A stretch of DNA of 58,564 nucleotides, counting the filler, from Stramenopiles sp. TOSAG23-3 (taxonomy: Eukaryota), in assembly GCA_900128585.1 (NCBI GenBank). It is 6 parts of 6 records of this genome, joined end to end, with 100 filler letters (N's around TTAATTAATTAA, not from the genome) between each part and the next. Parts side by side here need not be neighbours in the genome. Positions count along the whole stretch, not along the records: positions 31,222 to 44,858 come from LT642618.1; positions 44,959 to 58,564 come from LT642619.1; 4 more parts are not named here. One strand, 5' to 3'. The position numbers and the translations under genes are program-made. Shown piece by piece: positions 42,609 to 53,309 of the stretch. The notes beneath the pieces were generated by a model. The model made no database searches. It saw nothing but the letters and a program-made list of their open reading frames with translations, and had not been told where the DNA came from. The number at the start of each line of letters is the position of its first letter. The first letter of the stretch is position 1.

Positions 42609-44366
42609 TCAGGCCACCCCGGCAGCGAGGCCACCCATGACGATTCCACCGCCGGCACCAGCAGCGGCTGCTGCTGCCATGACACCAACCGCGACCCATT
42701 TCATTGCAGGTTTCGGCTTCACGCCAGCGCTGCGGTCTCCCTTGGTTTGAACTACCTTTACTACTTTCTTCTTTGCATTCTCTAGCGCAATCCTTCGTTC
42801 TGATTCGATGACTGTCTTCAAAGTATTGTCAACCTCGACCAACGCGGCGAAGCCAGTGTACGATGCGACAACATCGACGACTTTTTCCCAGTCCTTAAAT
42901 TCGGCCTCCTTCTGGTTCTTCTCGGTAAAGTAGGACATGCATAGGCCAGCGCCGTATTGGCTGTCGCCCCAGGTTATCATGCCTTGGTCCTTTCGAATAG
43001 CCACAAATGCTTCGCTGCCCGCATATATCTCCTCGATCGTTACGACCATCAAGCGCACCCAGATGTGGACGAGAACGTTCCCGTTCATGGAGCGGCGATA
43101 GCGAACGTAACACCTCTGCACCGGGCTTTCAACGTCGCCGCCCGCGAATTTGTTGCCCCACGTCACCACTGTGCCGTCTTCCTTCAACGCCACAAAACTC
43201 AACATGTTCGCGACAACTTTTTTAATATTTTTCAGCCTATTCTTTACCTGCCGGCTATCGCCCCCGCCGGTCTCCTTGCCCCACGTCACGACGGTCTTGT
43301 CTTTCATTAACGCGGCAAACGCTCCATCGGTGGCAACAACATCAACCACGTCTTTCTGCACCTTGTCTTTCGCGTGCCCGTTGTTGTCCCAGCCCCAATT
43401 TTCGTAACCACAGGAAATCGCGCGCCCCCCCTTGGTAATGGCCACGAAGTTGGCAAAGGAAGGGACTATTCTATCTATTGCATCATCCGGGTTGTTGGAC
43501 GTCCTGGTGAACTTTTTGTCACAATTTCCCCCGTACTCGCGAAACCCGAACGAAATGATTTCCCCGTGTGCTTTGAATGCCAAGTAGGCGTACCCATTCG
43601 ACACGAGGCGCTGGATTCCCATGCCTAACCCGACGACCGTTGTGTTCGAACAGAGAATATTGGTAGCATCCAGCTCGTGCGGGTTGCAGTCTTGGAGAAT
43701 AAGATCCCCCCCGTATTCGGCGTACCCCCAGGGAACGACGGTGCTGTTCAAAAGAGAGCCGTTGACGCTCTTCAACGCTGCAAATGAAAACGTAGAGGGA
43801 ACGATCGTGTGGACGGAGTAGTTTCCGCCGGTAAGCAGCGCGTAGCGCTCCGGGGGTATGAACCCCCCAAACTTTCTATCTCCCCACGCGACCACCCCCC
43901 CGTCCGCTTGCAAAGCGACGAACGCGTAGGGGTTTGCAAAAATGTCCACGACGCCTGTCGGCGGGGGGGTGGGCATCGCCCCCCCGTGCTCTGGGTTTCC
44001 CCAAACCATCGTCACTGACCCCGTTATCGAGAGCACCGCAAACGCGCTGTCGGTCGTTACGATCTTCTTTACTTTCGTAGGAGAGACCTTCTTTGTGCAC
44101 CCCTTTCCTTCCGCGCCCCACGTCCACATCGTTTTATAGTCCGACTCCAACGCGACGAACCCTCCGCAAAGCTCTGGCTTGTTGCCGTAGATGCACGCGT
44201 TCATGTTAGCGTTCTTGGAGAACTGGTGCGAGTGGCTCCCGACCAACATGACAATGTTGGAGTCACTTCGCCCTATCTGCGGGCATCTCTCTGGCCATGT
44301 CACCACCCGCTTGGACAACGATAGGGGCAGGAGGGGCAGGAGGGATAACCAGAACCAAACGTTCAT
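42609..44366 (-). CDS. Secreted or membrane-anchored RCC1/BLIP-II-like beta-propeller protein
   Basis: Signal peptide MNVWFWLSLLPLLPLSLS, about 7 repeats of AFxAL..DG.VV.WG....GG, and a C-terminal hydrophobic Ala/Gly segment. Confidence 0.78.
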   Translation of the reverse strand: MNVWFWLSLLPLLPLSLSKRVVTWPERCPQIGRSDSNIVMLVGSHSHQFSKNANMNACIYGNKPELCGGFVALESDYKTMWTWGAEGKGCTKKVSPTKVKKIVTTDSAFAVLSITGSVTMVWGNPEHGGAMPTPPPTGVVDIFANPYAFVALQADGGVVAWGDRKFGGFIPPERYALLTGGNYSVHTIVPSTFSFAALKSVNGSLLNSTVVPWGYAEYGGDLILQDCNPHELDATNILCSNTTVVGLGMGIQRLVSNGYAYLAFKAHGEIISFGFREYGGNCDKKFTRTSNNPDDAIDRIVPSFANFVAITKGGRAISCGYENWGWDNNGHAKDKVQKDVVDVVATDGAFAALMKDKTVVTWGKETGGGDSRQVKNRLKNIKKVVANMLSFVALKEDGTVVTWGNKFAGGDVESPVQRCYVRYRRSMNGNVLVHIWVRLMVVTIEEIYAGSEAFVAIRKDQGMITWGDSQYGAGLCMSYFTEKNQKEAEFKDWEKVVDVVASYTGFAALVEVDNTLKTVIESERRIALENAKKKVVKVVQTKGDRSAGVKPKPAMKWVAVGVMAAAAAAGAGGGIVMGGLAAGVA

Positions 44367-44858
44367 CCCGCAACTCCTCTGATGGGTGAAGTGTTGGCAA
44401 AGTAATAAAGTTAAAAAAACAATGAGCGAATGAATGAAAGGGCTGGACAAGAGAATCCTCCTTTTTCGTTCATGCGTAAGAAAATAAGAAAGAAACTATA
44501 TACATAGTCTATATATATTAGTAGCATACATTTTATAAGTGAGTTAGAGTTATAAAGTGTAGTGGAAGAAGAAGGAGTAAGTGTTTTGTTGTGTCATAAA
44601 TTCCAAAGTAGTTTATTGTTTATTTATATATAGTTTATATTTATAAATTACAACGGCCACATCATTCATCATTTATTATTATAATTATATAAACCAAACG
44701 ATTCTTCTATATTTAATTATTTAATTATTTTATATATTTACAAGTAAGAACGACAATGGCACCGGTACCCCAGGTACTGTAGGTATTAATACCATATTGG
44801 CCAATCAGCAGAAGAGATAAATAAAATAAGTAAATTATAAATAATTAATTTATTTATT

Positions 44859-44958
44859 NNNNNNNNNNNNNNNNNNNNNNNNNNNNNNNNNNNNNNNNNN
44901 NNTTAATTAATTAANNNNNNNNNNNNNNNNNNNNNNNNNNNNNNNNNNNNNNNNNNNN
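44859..44958. other. Artificial contig linker
   Basis: 44N-TTAATTAATTAA-44N. Confidence 0.97.
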
Positions 44959-45056
44959 ACAACATTGGTGATGAAGGGGCAAAATATGTTGCAGAGGCGT
45001 TGAAAGTGAATACTTCGTTGACAGAGATTCATTTGGGTTCGCAATTCGCAATTTAG
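44959..45056 (+). CDS. 3' end of an RI-like (NLRC3-type, 28-aa unit) leucine-rich repeat gene (absent from ORF track)
   Basis: From 44961 the frame reads NIGDEGAKYVAEALKVNTSLTEIHLGSQFAI*. The next unit start NDIGA is found at 45116, after an inserted repeat. Confidence 0.8.
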
Positions 45057-45115
45057 AGTTCACTTCGCAGTACATTCATTTTAATTACTTAAATAACAGC
45101 CAATTTTCTTGTTTG
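45042..45115 (+). mobile_element. Module A repeat inserted into the LRR coding unit
   Basis: GAGTTCACTTCGCAGTACATTCATTTTAATTACTTAAATAACAGCCAATTTTCTTGTTT sits between LRR codons LGS and NDIG. Confidence 0.6.
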
Positions 45116-45371
45116 AACGACATTGGTGCTGTCAAATTAAAAAAATTATTTAAACAACACATTTAATAAATGTACAAGTCTTTAAAAAAATTGAAAATAA
45201 TCACAAAAAAACACAAAATACTTTTTTTCACTTTTACAGTTTGGCGGCGCGCAACGAGGACGAAGAAGAAATAATAATAAAAAGATAAGAGTCACTCCCT
45301 TTACAATATCTATTCGACTTGCGACTAAAACAAGCCTTTCGGGGATCGTTTTCAACAGCAGGAACTTAAAC

Positions 45372-46115
45372 TTACAGCACATCCAGAAGGGCACTTTCCT
45401 GTTCAATGCTCTTTCTCTCGTCTTCGGATTTCTTTTCCCAGGGCGCCCTCTCCTCGGCCGTCAACGCATTCCACCCCTCCATGACGAGGCGACTCAGTGC
45501 GCGTTTGTCCAAGTCTGGATTTTTTTCTTTCAAGGACACTTTCTGATGAAGGGCGTAGAAGACAATGGGGGCCCTGGCCTTTTTCTGCTTTGGGGACGCG
45601 GGCTTGTCTTTCTTCTTCTCCTTCTTTTCCTTTTTCGCCTTCTTGCTCTTCTTCTTCTTCTTTGCAGGAGAAGAGCTCTTCCTCTTGGCAGAGGCCTTCT
45701 TCGCCGCTTTCGCTCGTGGCGCCGGCTTTGGCTTTTTGCTATCCTCCAACTTTTGCACGGTGGTCATCCCCGTGGCCACCGGCTTGAGCAAAAACGACAC
45801 TGCACTCGTGATGATGTCGTCCTTGCCTTTTCCCCGAACGTCCAAGTCGAGAAATTTGCACAGTTCCTTCAGGCACGCCACGTTCCACGGGGACTCGCTC
45901 AGAATGCCTTTGACCTTCTCCCCGTCGGCGCTGGGCAAACCATTGAACTTGGACAGGTTTTCTTTCCGGGCTACCTTGGAACCGTAGTCCCCGTAGCAAA
46001 GCTGGTGGCAGCACTTCAGGAGGTCGTGCGTTTCTGGAACTTTTTTCAAGTACCACGCGACCACTTCTATGTCACCAAGTGCCGTGCCGCTTTCTTGTGC
46101 AACAATCTCAGTCAT
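45372..46115 (-). CDS. DEK-like chromatin protein (SAP-box region) with C-terminal HMG-box
   Basis: GTALGDI...LLKCCHQLCYG...RKENLSKFNG and LKELCKFLDL...KDDII..FLLKP match the DEK core. KARAPIVFY...LKEKNP...GWNALTAEERAPW is an HMG box. Confidence 0.75.
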   Translation of the reverse strand: MTEIVAQESGTALGDIEVVAWYLKKVPETHDLLKCCHQLCYGDYGSKVARKENLSKFNGLPSADGEKVKGILSESPWNVACLKELCKFLDLDVRGKGKDDIITSAVSFLLKPVATGMTTVQKLEDSKKPKPAPRAKAAKKASAKRKSSSPAKKKKKSKKAKKEKKEKKKDKPASPKQKKARAPIVFYALHQKVSLKEKNPDLDKRALSRLVMEGWNALTAEERAPWEKKSEDERKSIEQESALLDVL

Positions 46116-47063
46116 AATACTATAGTAAAGACAGATATATCGCGATGTCAGTATGGTTTAGGTAGTAAGAAGAAATAGTATAACTATCCACAAACCAAGG
46201 GAAGAAAAGGAACGGAAGATAAACGAACAGGTTGTTGATTCCTCGAAGTATTTCCAATTATTCAATACTTATTCATATAAATGAAAAATGGAAATGGATT
46301 ATATATAATGATATTATTAATATAAGCTTATATGTATACGTAAAAGAGTGTGTTTTTTTTTAATAATAAATATTAAATAAAATTCAATTCTTTTTTCTCT
46401 TCTCTCTTCTTCTATCATTATTTTATTATTATTCAGCAGCAGCATAGCGCAGCACAGTCTTCTTCTTGTTTTATTTTTGTTGGGTTTTTTTTCGCGCCAA
46501 ACAAAGAAGAAAAAAGAAAAAAAGAAGGAAGGAAGAGTACGCGTAGGTAGGAAGAGAGGAAGGAAGAGAAGGAAGGAGGAAGAGAGAAGGAAGGAAGAAG
46601 AAGGAGGAAGGCTGATATTTTTTAATAAAATATTAAAATAAAATTAAAAAAAGAAGAGCGAATGCTTTATTTCCTATTTAATAATGTATAGACTACTACT
46701 TTTATAGTCTAATATTACAAACGACTTGGCTTCGTCAGTCTTCGACTGTCTCTAATATAGGTTTTGGGTTTTGGGTCTTTTTTCTTTTCTTATTTATTTC
46801 TTCTCCCCTCTCTTCTTTTCTCTTCTTTTTCTTCGATTTTCCACCACCAACAATTTCATATGAATGATGATCTTATTTATATAATACTGAATATATATGT
46901 ATTATTGATAGCTAAGGAATATACAATTGGTGATGATCAATTTAATTCATCGATCCAGTAATTTTATTCACTTGCTTAATCCAGTTTGTTGTGTCTCCAG
47001 GGTGGTGCTTTTCGCGGTTCTTACTTTGCCGCTACTGTAATACTATTTTCATACAACAAGGAC

Positions 47064-48242
47064 ATGCTGCTTCAGACAACGTTTGTGGCAAACGAGTTCC
47101 CGGCCTTTGGCGTTAGGCTGGTGGTCTACACGGGGACGTTGTTGAAATGGATAGGCTACGGTGCAGGGTTGGGTTCGCTCTTCTTTTTTGCAAAGGGGGA
47201 GAGCGCGTACATGTGGCTGAGCATAATATACTCGTTCTCTGCGGGGTTGTACCGGTGCGCGCACTGGATTGGCGGGTATCCCCTGGTCCCGTCGTCCATC
47301 TTCTCGCTCTTTGACAAGGAACGGGAGCCCCACCAGTCGTGGCTTCACCAGAAGCTCGTGTGGCTGGTGGACCGGTACCAGCCCGGGGTCCGTTCGCAGG
47401 CGGAACAAATGTTGATGAATTTGACGGTGGGGCGAAAGCGCCTGGAAGCTATGGGGGGGGACTCCGTGGCTTTGACGACGGCGGACGGCGCCGTGATCGA
47501 CGGAATGTATTTTGCCCCCACGGAGGAGTCCCTCCAGGACAAGGAGCCTTGCTCCATGGTTGTGCTCCGGGCGAACGGGGAGTTTTATGAACTGGACGGG
47601 TTCGGCGGGGCGAAATCAGACGGTTACAACTACTCTCGAAAAGGTTTCCATGTAATATTAATCAACTACAGGGGTGTCGGCAGGAGTGATTTGGGTGGAT
47701 GGGCGAGTCGCATGGGCCTGACCCTCGATGCCGACGCGGCCGTCCAGTTTTCCATGCAGGTGCTCAAAGTGCCGTTGCACAGGACGTTTTTTATGACAAG
47801 GAGCTTGGGGGGTGCGGTGGGAACGGAGGTGGCCTCTTACCGCCCTGAGATAAACCTATGCAACAACAGGTCCTTCAACACGTTCTCGAACGCAGCGGAG
47901 GGGGTGATCGGCGAGCAGTTTGGGAAATACGCGGCCAAGGCCGTGTCCTATCTTTTTTGGGATTACGACAGCGTGTCCAACTGGAAACGCATCAAAGGGT
48001 ACAAGTGGATAGAGTACATTGAAAACGACACCATGCTGTGCAACAAGTCGTTATTAGTGCGTTCGTTGGTGGAGGATAAAACTGTGGACAAGAAGTCGTT
48101 GAATGTTTTGAAAATGGCTCCGACCAGGGGGGATACGCACAATCGCCCGATGACTTCCGCCGAAGAATCAGCGCGGTGGAAATTTTTCCAAAAAGCGTTT
48201 ACTTTCATGGACAAGTCTTCCGAATCCAAAAAGTCTCGGTAA
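47064..48242 (+). CDS. Membrane-associated alpha/beta hydrolase (ABHD13/16-like)
   Basis: TADGAVIDGM, NGEFYE, INYRGVGRS, nucleophile TRSLGG, acid D (ENDTM) and His (DTHN). Confidence 0.8.
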   Translation: MLLQTTFVANEFPAFGVRLVVYTGTLLKWIGYGAGLGSLFFFAKGESAYMWLSIIYSFSAGLYRCAHWIGGYPLVPSSIFSLFDKEREPHQSWLHQKLVWLVDRYQPGVRSQAEQMLMNLTVGRKRLEAMGGDSVALTTADGAVIDGMYFAPTEESLQDKEPCSMVVLRANGEFYELDGFGGAKSDGYNYSRKGFHVILINYRGVGRSDLGGWASRMGLTLDADAAVQFSMQVLKVPLHRTFFMTRSLGGAVGTEVASYRPEINLCNNRSFNTFSNAAEGVIGEQFGKYAAKAVSYLFWDYDSVSNWKRIKGYKWIEYIENDTMLCNKSLLVRSLVEDKTVDKKSLNVLKMAPTRGDTHNRPMTSAEESARWKFFQKAFTFMDKSSESKKSR

Positions 48243-48574
48243 AGCGATGACGCCAAATGGAAGAACAGGGGAGGAGGTCTATTTTCTTTGTGCCACAGAA
48301 AGCAGTTCGTGCGGCCAAACACTGCGACAAAAGGAGAGAGGCTTGTAAAGAGATTGTTCATATAAATTGTTTTAATTAATATGATACGACGCGCCAAGAA
48401 GTTAAAGTGTAAAATGTTCGGTAAAAGTTATAAGGCCTAAATAACAGCCAAGTTTCTTGCTTTTTAATTTAATGGCCAGGTCAACGGTGAGTAAAGCACG
48501 AGGGCAGACGTACCCTTACTTTCTGTTAACGGCACCACATTTGTTTTAGCCCCCCTCACACACATACTCATCGG

Positions 48575-49294
48575 CTAGTCTTGCTTCTTTTCTTCTCCAT
48601 CGTCCGTTTCTAAAACGTACTCGTACTTGGACGTGTCCACCTTTGCGGTAGGAGGAAGGGTAGGGTTGAAGTCGTATCTTCTTAACGCTTGGCTCAGAAC
48701 GATGCCAACCCCAATAAGGGCACAAAAAATTGACGAGACGATCAGGCTGACATCGTTCCGACCCGGGAGCTCGTTCATAAGTGTCTCCGGCCCCACCTGC
48801 ACGAAGAGATAAAAACCACTTGGCAGAGTGTGGTTCAGCTGTGCCAGACAGCTTTTGTACTTGGTTTCGAACAGCGAAGGCGTCGCTCTAACTTCTAGCA
48901 ATGCAGCGCGCGCACTGGTGGCAAACGTTGCCCTCTCTGCAAAAATTTTAAAATCTACATTGCACGAGGTCCCCGGACCACCCTTTGGGCCCTTCGGGTC
49001 AAATTCCTCAATTTTAGACAACTCAACTAGTTCGGTGGCGTCCCCTTCCAGGCTGATGAGTTTTCCGACCGTTGTTTCTAGGCAACGCTGTCGGACGGGG
49101 CTAAAATCCTGATAGGCAATCTCATGAAGACGAAAGACGCAGCGAATGTAAATTGGGTAAGATTTTTTACCCACAAGGGACGGTTCACCTTCAGTGAATT
49201 CGTAGCCGCGGACTTGATCCTGGAAAAGTACGAACAGCACCAGACTAACCGCAAATGCATTTCTCGCGCAGTGTCGTCGTGGGACGACCAACAT
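48575..49294 (-). CDS. Type I membrane protein, hypothetical
   Basis: Signal-like FAVSLVLFVLF, a Cys-containing ectodomain, TM LIVSSIFCALIGVGIVLS and a short tail with Tyr motifs. Confidence 0.65.
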   Translation of the reverse strand: MLVVPRRHCARNAFAVSLVLFVLFQDQVRGYEFTEGEPSLVGKKSYPIYIRCVFRLHEIAYQDFSPVRQRCLETTVGKLISLEGDATELVELSKIEEFDPKGPKGGPGTSCNVDFKIFAERATFATSARAALLEVRATPSLFETKYKSCLAQLNHTLPSGFYLFVQVGPETLMNELPGRNDVSLIVSSIFCALIGVGIVLSQALRRYDFNPTLPPTAKVDTSKYEYVLETDDGEEKKQD

Positions 49295-50077
49295 TGTCAG
49301 CCAACCCGCCGGAATTTCCAAAAGCGTTGCACACCACTCTTAATTTCGCTTCTATAACCCCACCACGGCAGTAAATCTCTTTTTTCTTGTAAACGTAAAA
49401 TCGTGCAGAATGGTGTTTATTAATCATCATCACAAGATTCTTTCTTCAGCCAGAGGAAAAGAACTGCCTTCCTCGTGTTCATTTAAAATAGGGATTGATG
49501 TGATTGGGAATACTACCGTACTACTTCAATATCATAGTAGAGATATCAAACTGATGATGACATTTATTAAATACCGTAGCTATTAGTCTAGTACCGTACC
49601 TGGTGCCTGGTACCTGTATTATTCCTGTATTATACCTGTACCGTAGTCCTGAATTTTTAATTCCTTGGTGCAGCCTCATTGTCTGTCGTCTTGCAGGACG
49701 GTTCTGTTGTATTTCTATTTATACCGGTACCTGGTTAATAATACGGTACAGGAACACACCGGAACTGATTTAACTAAAATTCAGTTTTTAATTGTTCTAC
49801 GAGGATCGTATACTGTACTCCTTCTTATACACCCTATCAAAAATGGAATGTTTTCGTGTTGTCCTTGTTTGTATAAATTATATGCATATACTTACTAGTA
49901 TTATTTATATCATCTATCATTAGAAAAAACAAAATATATAGTATGTTTCTATCATTAGATATTGGCATATTCTTATATGTATTGTAACCTCTGAAATTTA
50001 CGTACAGTATATTTGTTAAAACGTCTGACAAGACGAGTGTGTAAGGCCGTTTAACACACACACATACACATGCCCCC

Positions 50078-51982
50078 CTACTCACCCTCTTCTATCGGTT
50101 TTGGAATATTGTTCATGCCTATCGTGACGCCGACAGAGCACTCTTCGCGAAACTTCGCGGTTCCGCCAGGAAGACTCTTCCACACGGCGGTACTTTCAAC
50201 GTTGGTGACGCCGTTCAGCTTGGGGTTCAGCAGGCCTTTTATGTCAACGTCAGAGTACGCGACGAGTATGTCCCGGCGTGGCACTTCTGTTTCGTTCAAT
50301 TCGTCCCCTTCCTCTTGCGCCGGATCTTCGGCGTCTTCCCCTGCTGTGTTTGCTGGCTTGTCGCCCGGGAACGACTGCCACAGCTCCAAGTGCAGGCCGT
50401 CGAACGTCATGCACTCCACGAGCTCGCCCGTTCTAGGCATTTCCAATTTGGTATCGTCGTCGACCGCCATCTCTACATCCCACGGGACGGCACGAGTGGT
50501 GTAGGCGATGTGCTCCCCAGCGTTGCTCGGGGGGACAACACGGACAAAATACCGCATGTCTTGGTCTTCGGCAAGGGCCTTGTAATCTTCTGGAGTCATG
50601 TCTTCCGGGGACATCGGGCGGCTCGGGGTGGGCGTTTTCCCTTTTTTGCCCTTGCCCTTCCCTTTCGCCGGCGGCTCTTCCACGGACGACTGCGATTCTT
50701 CGTCCAGGACTGGCTTCGGGACCTTGGGGGGCGGGGCGTTCTTCACGGAGCTAATCGTTATGTTCAGGGTGGTCGCGGCGTCTTTCGGTGGGGTGGGGTC
50801 CGCGGCTTCCTCCTTCCCTTCTGCGTCTTTGCCTTCTTCCGCTTCGGCCTCGTCCCCTTCGCCTTCCGGGGCGGCGGCGGTTTCTGCCTCGGCGGCAGCT
50901 GCTTCTGCGGCCCTCTCCGCCTCCAAGGCGACCCATTCTTCCTGCTCCAGTTTTTCCAGCTCTTCCGCATAGAACTCCCTGTCATCCGCCCCCACGATAT
51001 TGTCATCAAAGCGAAGCAGCTTTGGAAGCCCCGCCAAGGTTTTGCTGGTGTACCCACGAACCAGGCAGCACGGGTTTCCGTAGAGCATCAAGGAGGTCAG
51101 CTTGGGCATCTCCCGCAGGGTTTCCATCGATTGCTGAAAAGTGCTCAAGTGGTTGTAGGATATGTCCAGGCTCAAAAGGTTGGGAAAGGTTGCTGGAAAC
51201 CCTTTCAGCACGTCGTTGTCCACTTCATTGTAGCCTATTCCTAAATGCACCAGCTTTGGCAGCGCCATCCCCGCGCCCCCAAGCTGTCGCACGTTGCAGT
51301 TGTAGACGTTCAGTATGACCAGGTTCTGGGGCAAGCGGCGAAGCGCCCCCAAGGGGTTCCCACTAAGGCTCAGCTCTGCCAACGCCGAAAAATGCTTCAA
51401 GTCCTCGTCGATTCGAACGATGTTCATATCCTTCATTCGCAGCGTTTTAAAGTACCCAAGCACAAAGTCCCGCGTCGTAAGCTCCGGGCGCCGCCGGTCC
51501 TCCAGGCGAAGGTCGCTGGCGACCAAGTCCGCCAAAGTTTTCGCCTCATCGGACCAGTCGAAGGTGTCTTCCGCCTCCATCGTGAACTCGTACTCCTCGT
51601 CGGCTTCCGCCAGCCGGCGGTCAAAGTCGGCCATCATCATCCTCGCGTCCGCACTCTCCCTGGATGGGTCTTGCCTATCCCCGGACATCTTTTCCTCCGC
51701 CTGCTCCTCGAGGCGAATGCCGTACTTTCTACGAAACATGCTAAGCATGGCTTGGTGCCTGGCGTAGCCCCCGTCCCCTTCCACCTTTGCACCAGCGGCT
51801 GACGGTTCGAACCCCATCGTCTTGCGGAAGAGTTTCCAAAAGGCCTTGGATGTCGTCATGCCTTCGTCGACGGGGGGCGCCGCCGCCGTATCGTTCAAAA
51901 TTCTACGCCGCCGACGGTTCGGCGACGGGCCCTTGCCGTGGTGGCTATTCCTACTGCCGTGCCCCGTGGCCCCGTGCGACAT
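50078..51982 (-). CDS. LRRC43: Leucine-rich repeat protein, LRRC43-like (ciliary)
   Basis: FKTLRMKDMNIVRIDEDLKHFSALAELSLSGN, LVHLGIGYN, FPNLLSLDISYN and LMLYGNPCCLVRGY...LLRFDD follow the LRRC43 pattern. Confidence 0.7.
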   Translation of the reverse strand: MSHGATGHGSRNSHHGKGPSPNRRRRRILNDTAAAPPVDEGMTTSKAFWKLFRKTMGFEPSAAGAKVEGDGGYARHQAMLSMFRRKYGIRLEEQAEEKMSGDRQDPSRESADARMMMADFDRRLAEADEEYEFTMEAEDTFDWSDEAKTLADLVASDLRLEDRRRPELTTRDFVLGYFKTLRMKDMNIVRIDEDLKHFSALAELSLSGNPLGALRRLPQNLVILNVYNCNVRQLGGAGMALPKLVHLGIGYNEVDNDVLKGFPATFPNLLSLDISYNHLSTFQQSMETLREMPKLTSLMLYGNPCCLVRGYTSKTLAGLPKLLRFDDNIVGADDREFYAEELEKLEQEEWVALEAERAAEAAAAEAETAAAPEGEGDEAEAEEGKDAEGKEEAADPTPPKDAATTLNITISSVKNAPPPKVPKPVLDEESQSSVEEPPAKGKGKGKKGKTPTPSRPMSPEDMTPEDYKALAEDQDMRYFVRVVPPSNAGEHIAYTTRAVPWDVEMAVDDDTKLEMPRTGELVECMTFDGLHLELWQSFPGDKPANTAGEDAEDPAQEEGDELNETEVPRRDILVAYSDVDIKGLLNPKLNGVTNVESTAVWKSLPGGTAKFREECSVGVTIGMNNIPKPIEEGE

Positions 51983-52745
51983 CCTTCTTCTGCCTTGGAC
52001 CGAGGAGGGGAGGGCAAGCACTGAATACAACGGGAGAAAGAAAGAGAGTGTAAAAGAACCGTGTTTGCATATGATTGTTTGAATAATTCAATACATATGA
52101 CTAAAAAAATTAACATATTATAACATTGAGATTATATGTATACAAAACAAACTCTAAAACAAATTCTGAATACATAAATTTTAATAATAAATTTAAAATA
52201 AAATAAAAAAACACCACCATTATTCCCCACCCCCCGAAGGAGGAGGGGTTGAAAGAGGAAGAAGTGAGGAAGGAAGGAAGAAGGAGATATTTAATATAAT
52301 AATGGAAGAAGCGAGAAGCGAAGCGCTACTTATAAATATATTTTATTCCTCAAATTTTATTGTTCTCCTTCCTTCCTTCCTTCCTTCCTTCCTTCCTACG
52401 TAGTCTAATGTAATAATAAGAATTCATACTAGACTAATAATAGTCTTTATAATACCTATTTCACTTGTCTTTCTTGTTGAGTACCGTAACGGTTATTCTT
52501 TCTCTTTCTGGGCTTTTATTTATGCTTTATGCTTTATCTTTCTTTATTAAAGCTACAGACTAGACTAGACTATATACTTATAATATATAAAAGAATATAG
52601 AATATAAATAGGCATACAATACATTTTCATTGATTTAATAATTTTAATTTATGAAATTTTATTTAATTTAATTTTTACTATTTCTTCTCCGACCTACTAA
52701 GCCTATTTATAGCTATAAATGAAATATTAATAAAAGAACACAATA

Positions 52746-52778
52746 TTGGCTTGGCTTGGCTTGGCTTGGCTTGGCTTG
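52746..52778 (+). repeat. (TTGGC)6 microsatellite in the divergent LRRC43/IQUB spacer
   Basis: Directly visible; a (CCTT)n tract also lies at about 52367-52397. Confidence 0.9.
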
Positions 52779-53309
52779 TACTATCTATATAACCCTATTT
52801 TCTAACATTATTTAGGATGAGCAACGAGTCGGTTTCATTTGATTTAGTCTGTTTCTAGTACTTGATGTAATATAAAGGAGAAAAAAATAAAGGCAAATAT
52901 TAGGTATTATATAGGTATATTTTTATTTATATACTAATATATAAGTACATTAACCAAAACTTATTCGTTGAGGTTCAACGTCTCAACGTACGAAAACGCT
53001 TCTTGAATCTACCTACTACATCCCTTCTATTTTATTATAATTTATGAAATTTGTATTTTACATTTAAGAAGAAGAAGAAGAGAAGAGAAGAGGAGGCAGC
53101 AGAAGAATTATTCAGTTCAGAGGAATGTTTGGCTTGTCTTGGTTGTTGGCGTGGCATTCCTTTTTCCTATTGGTTCCATCCGAATTTATTTTTCTCTTGA
53201 TCGTTCTGGACGTGTGCGAGAGAGTCAATTGCAGGTAATCGATCGATCCACCAGGTTTTTGATACGTACTGCTTTATCTGACACGACAAAAGACGACGAG
53301 TTAGGAAAG

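Noticed and set aside
1741-44958. Five copies of TTAATTAATTAA within N runs as a biological repeat
   Set aside because: Identical 100-nt pads with a six-frame stop are artificial joins; they also create false ORF ends (e.g. 16473..17402).
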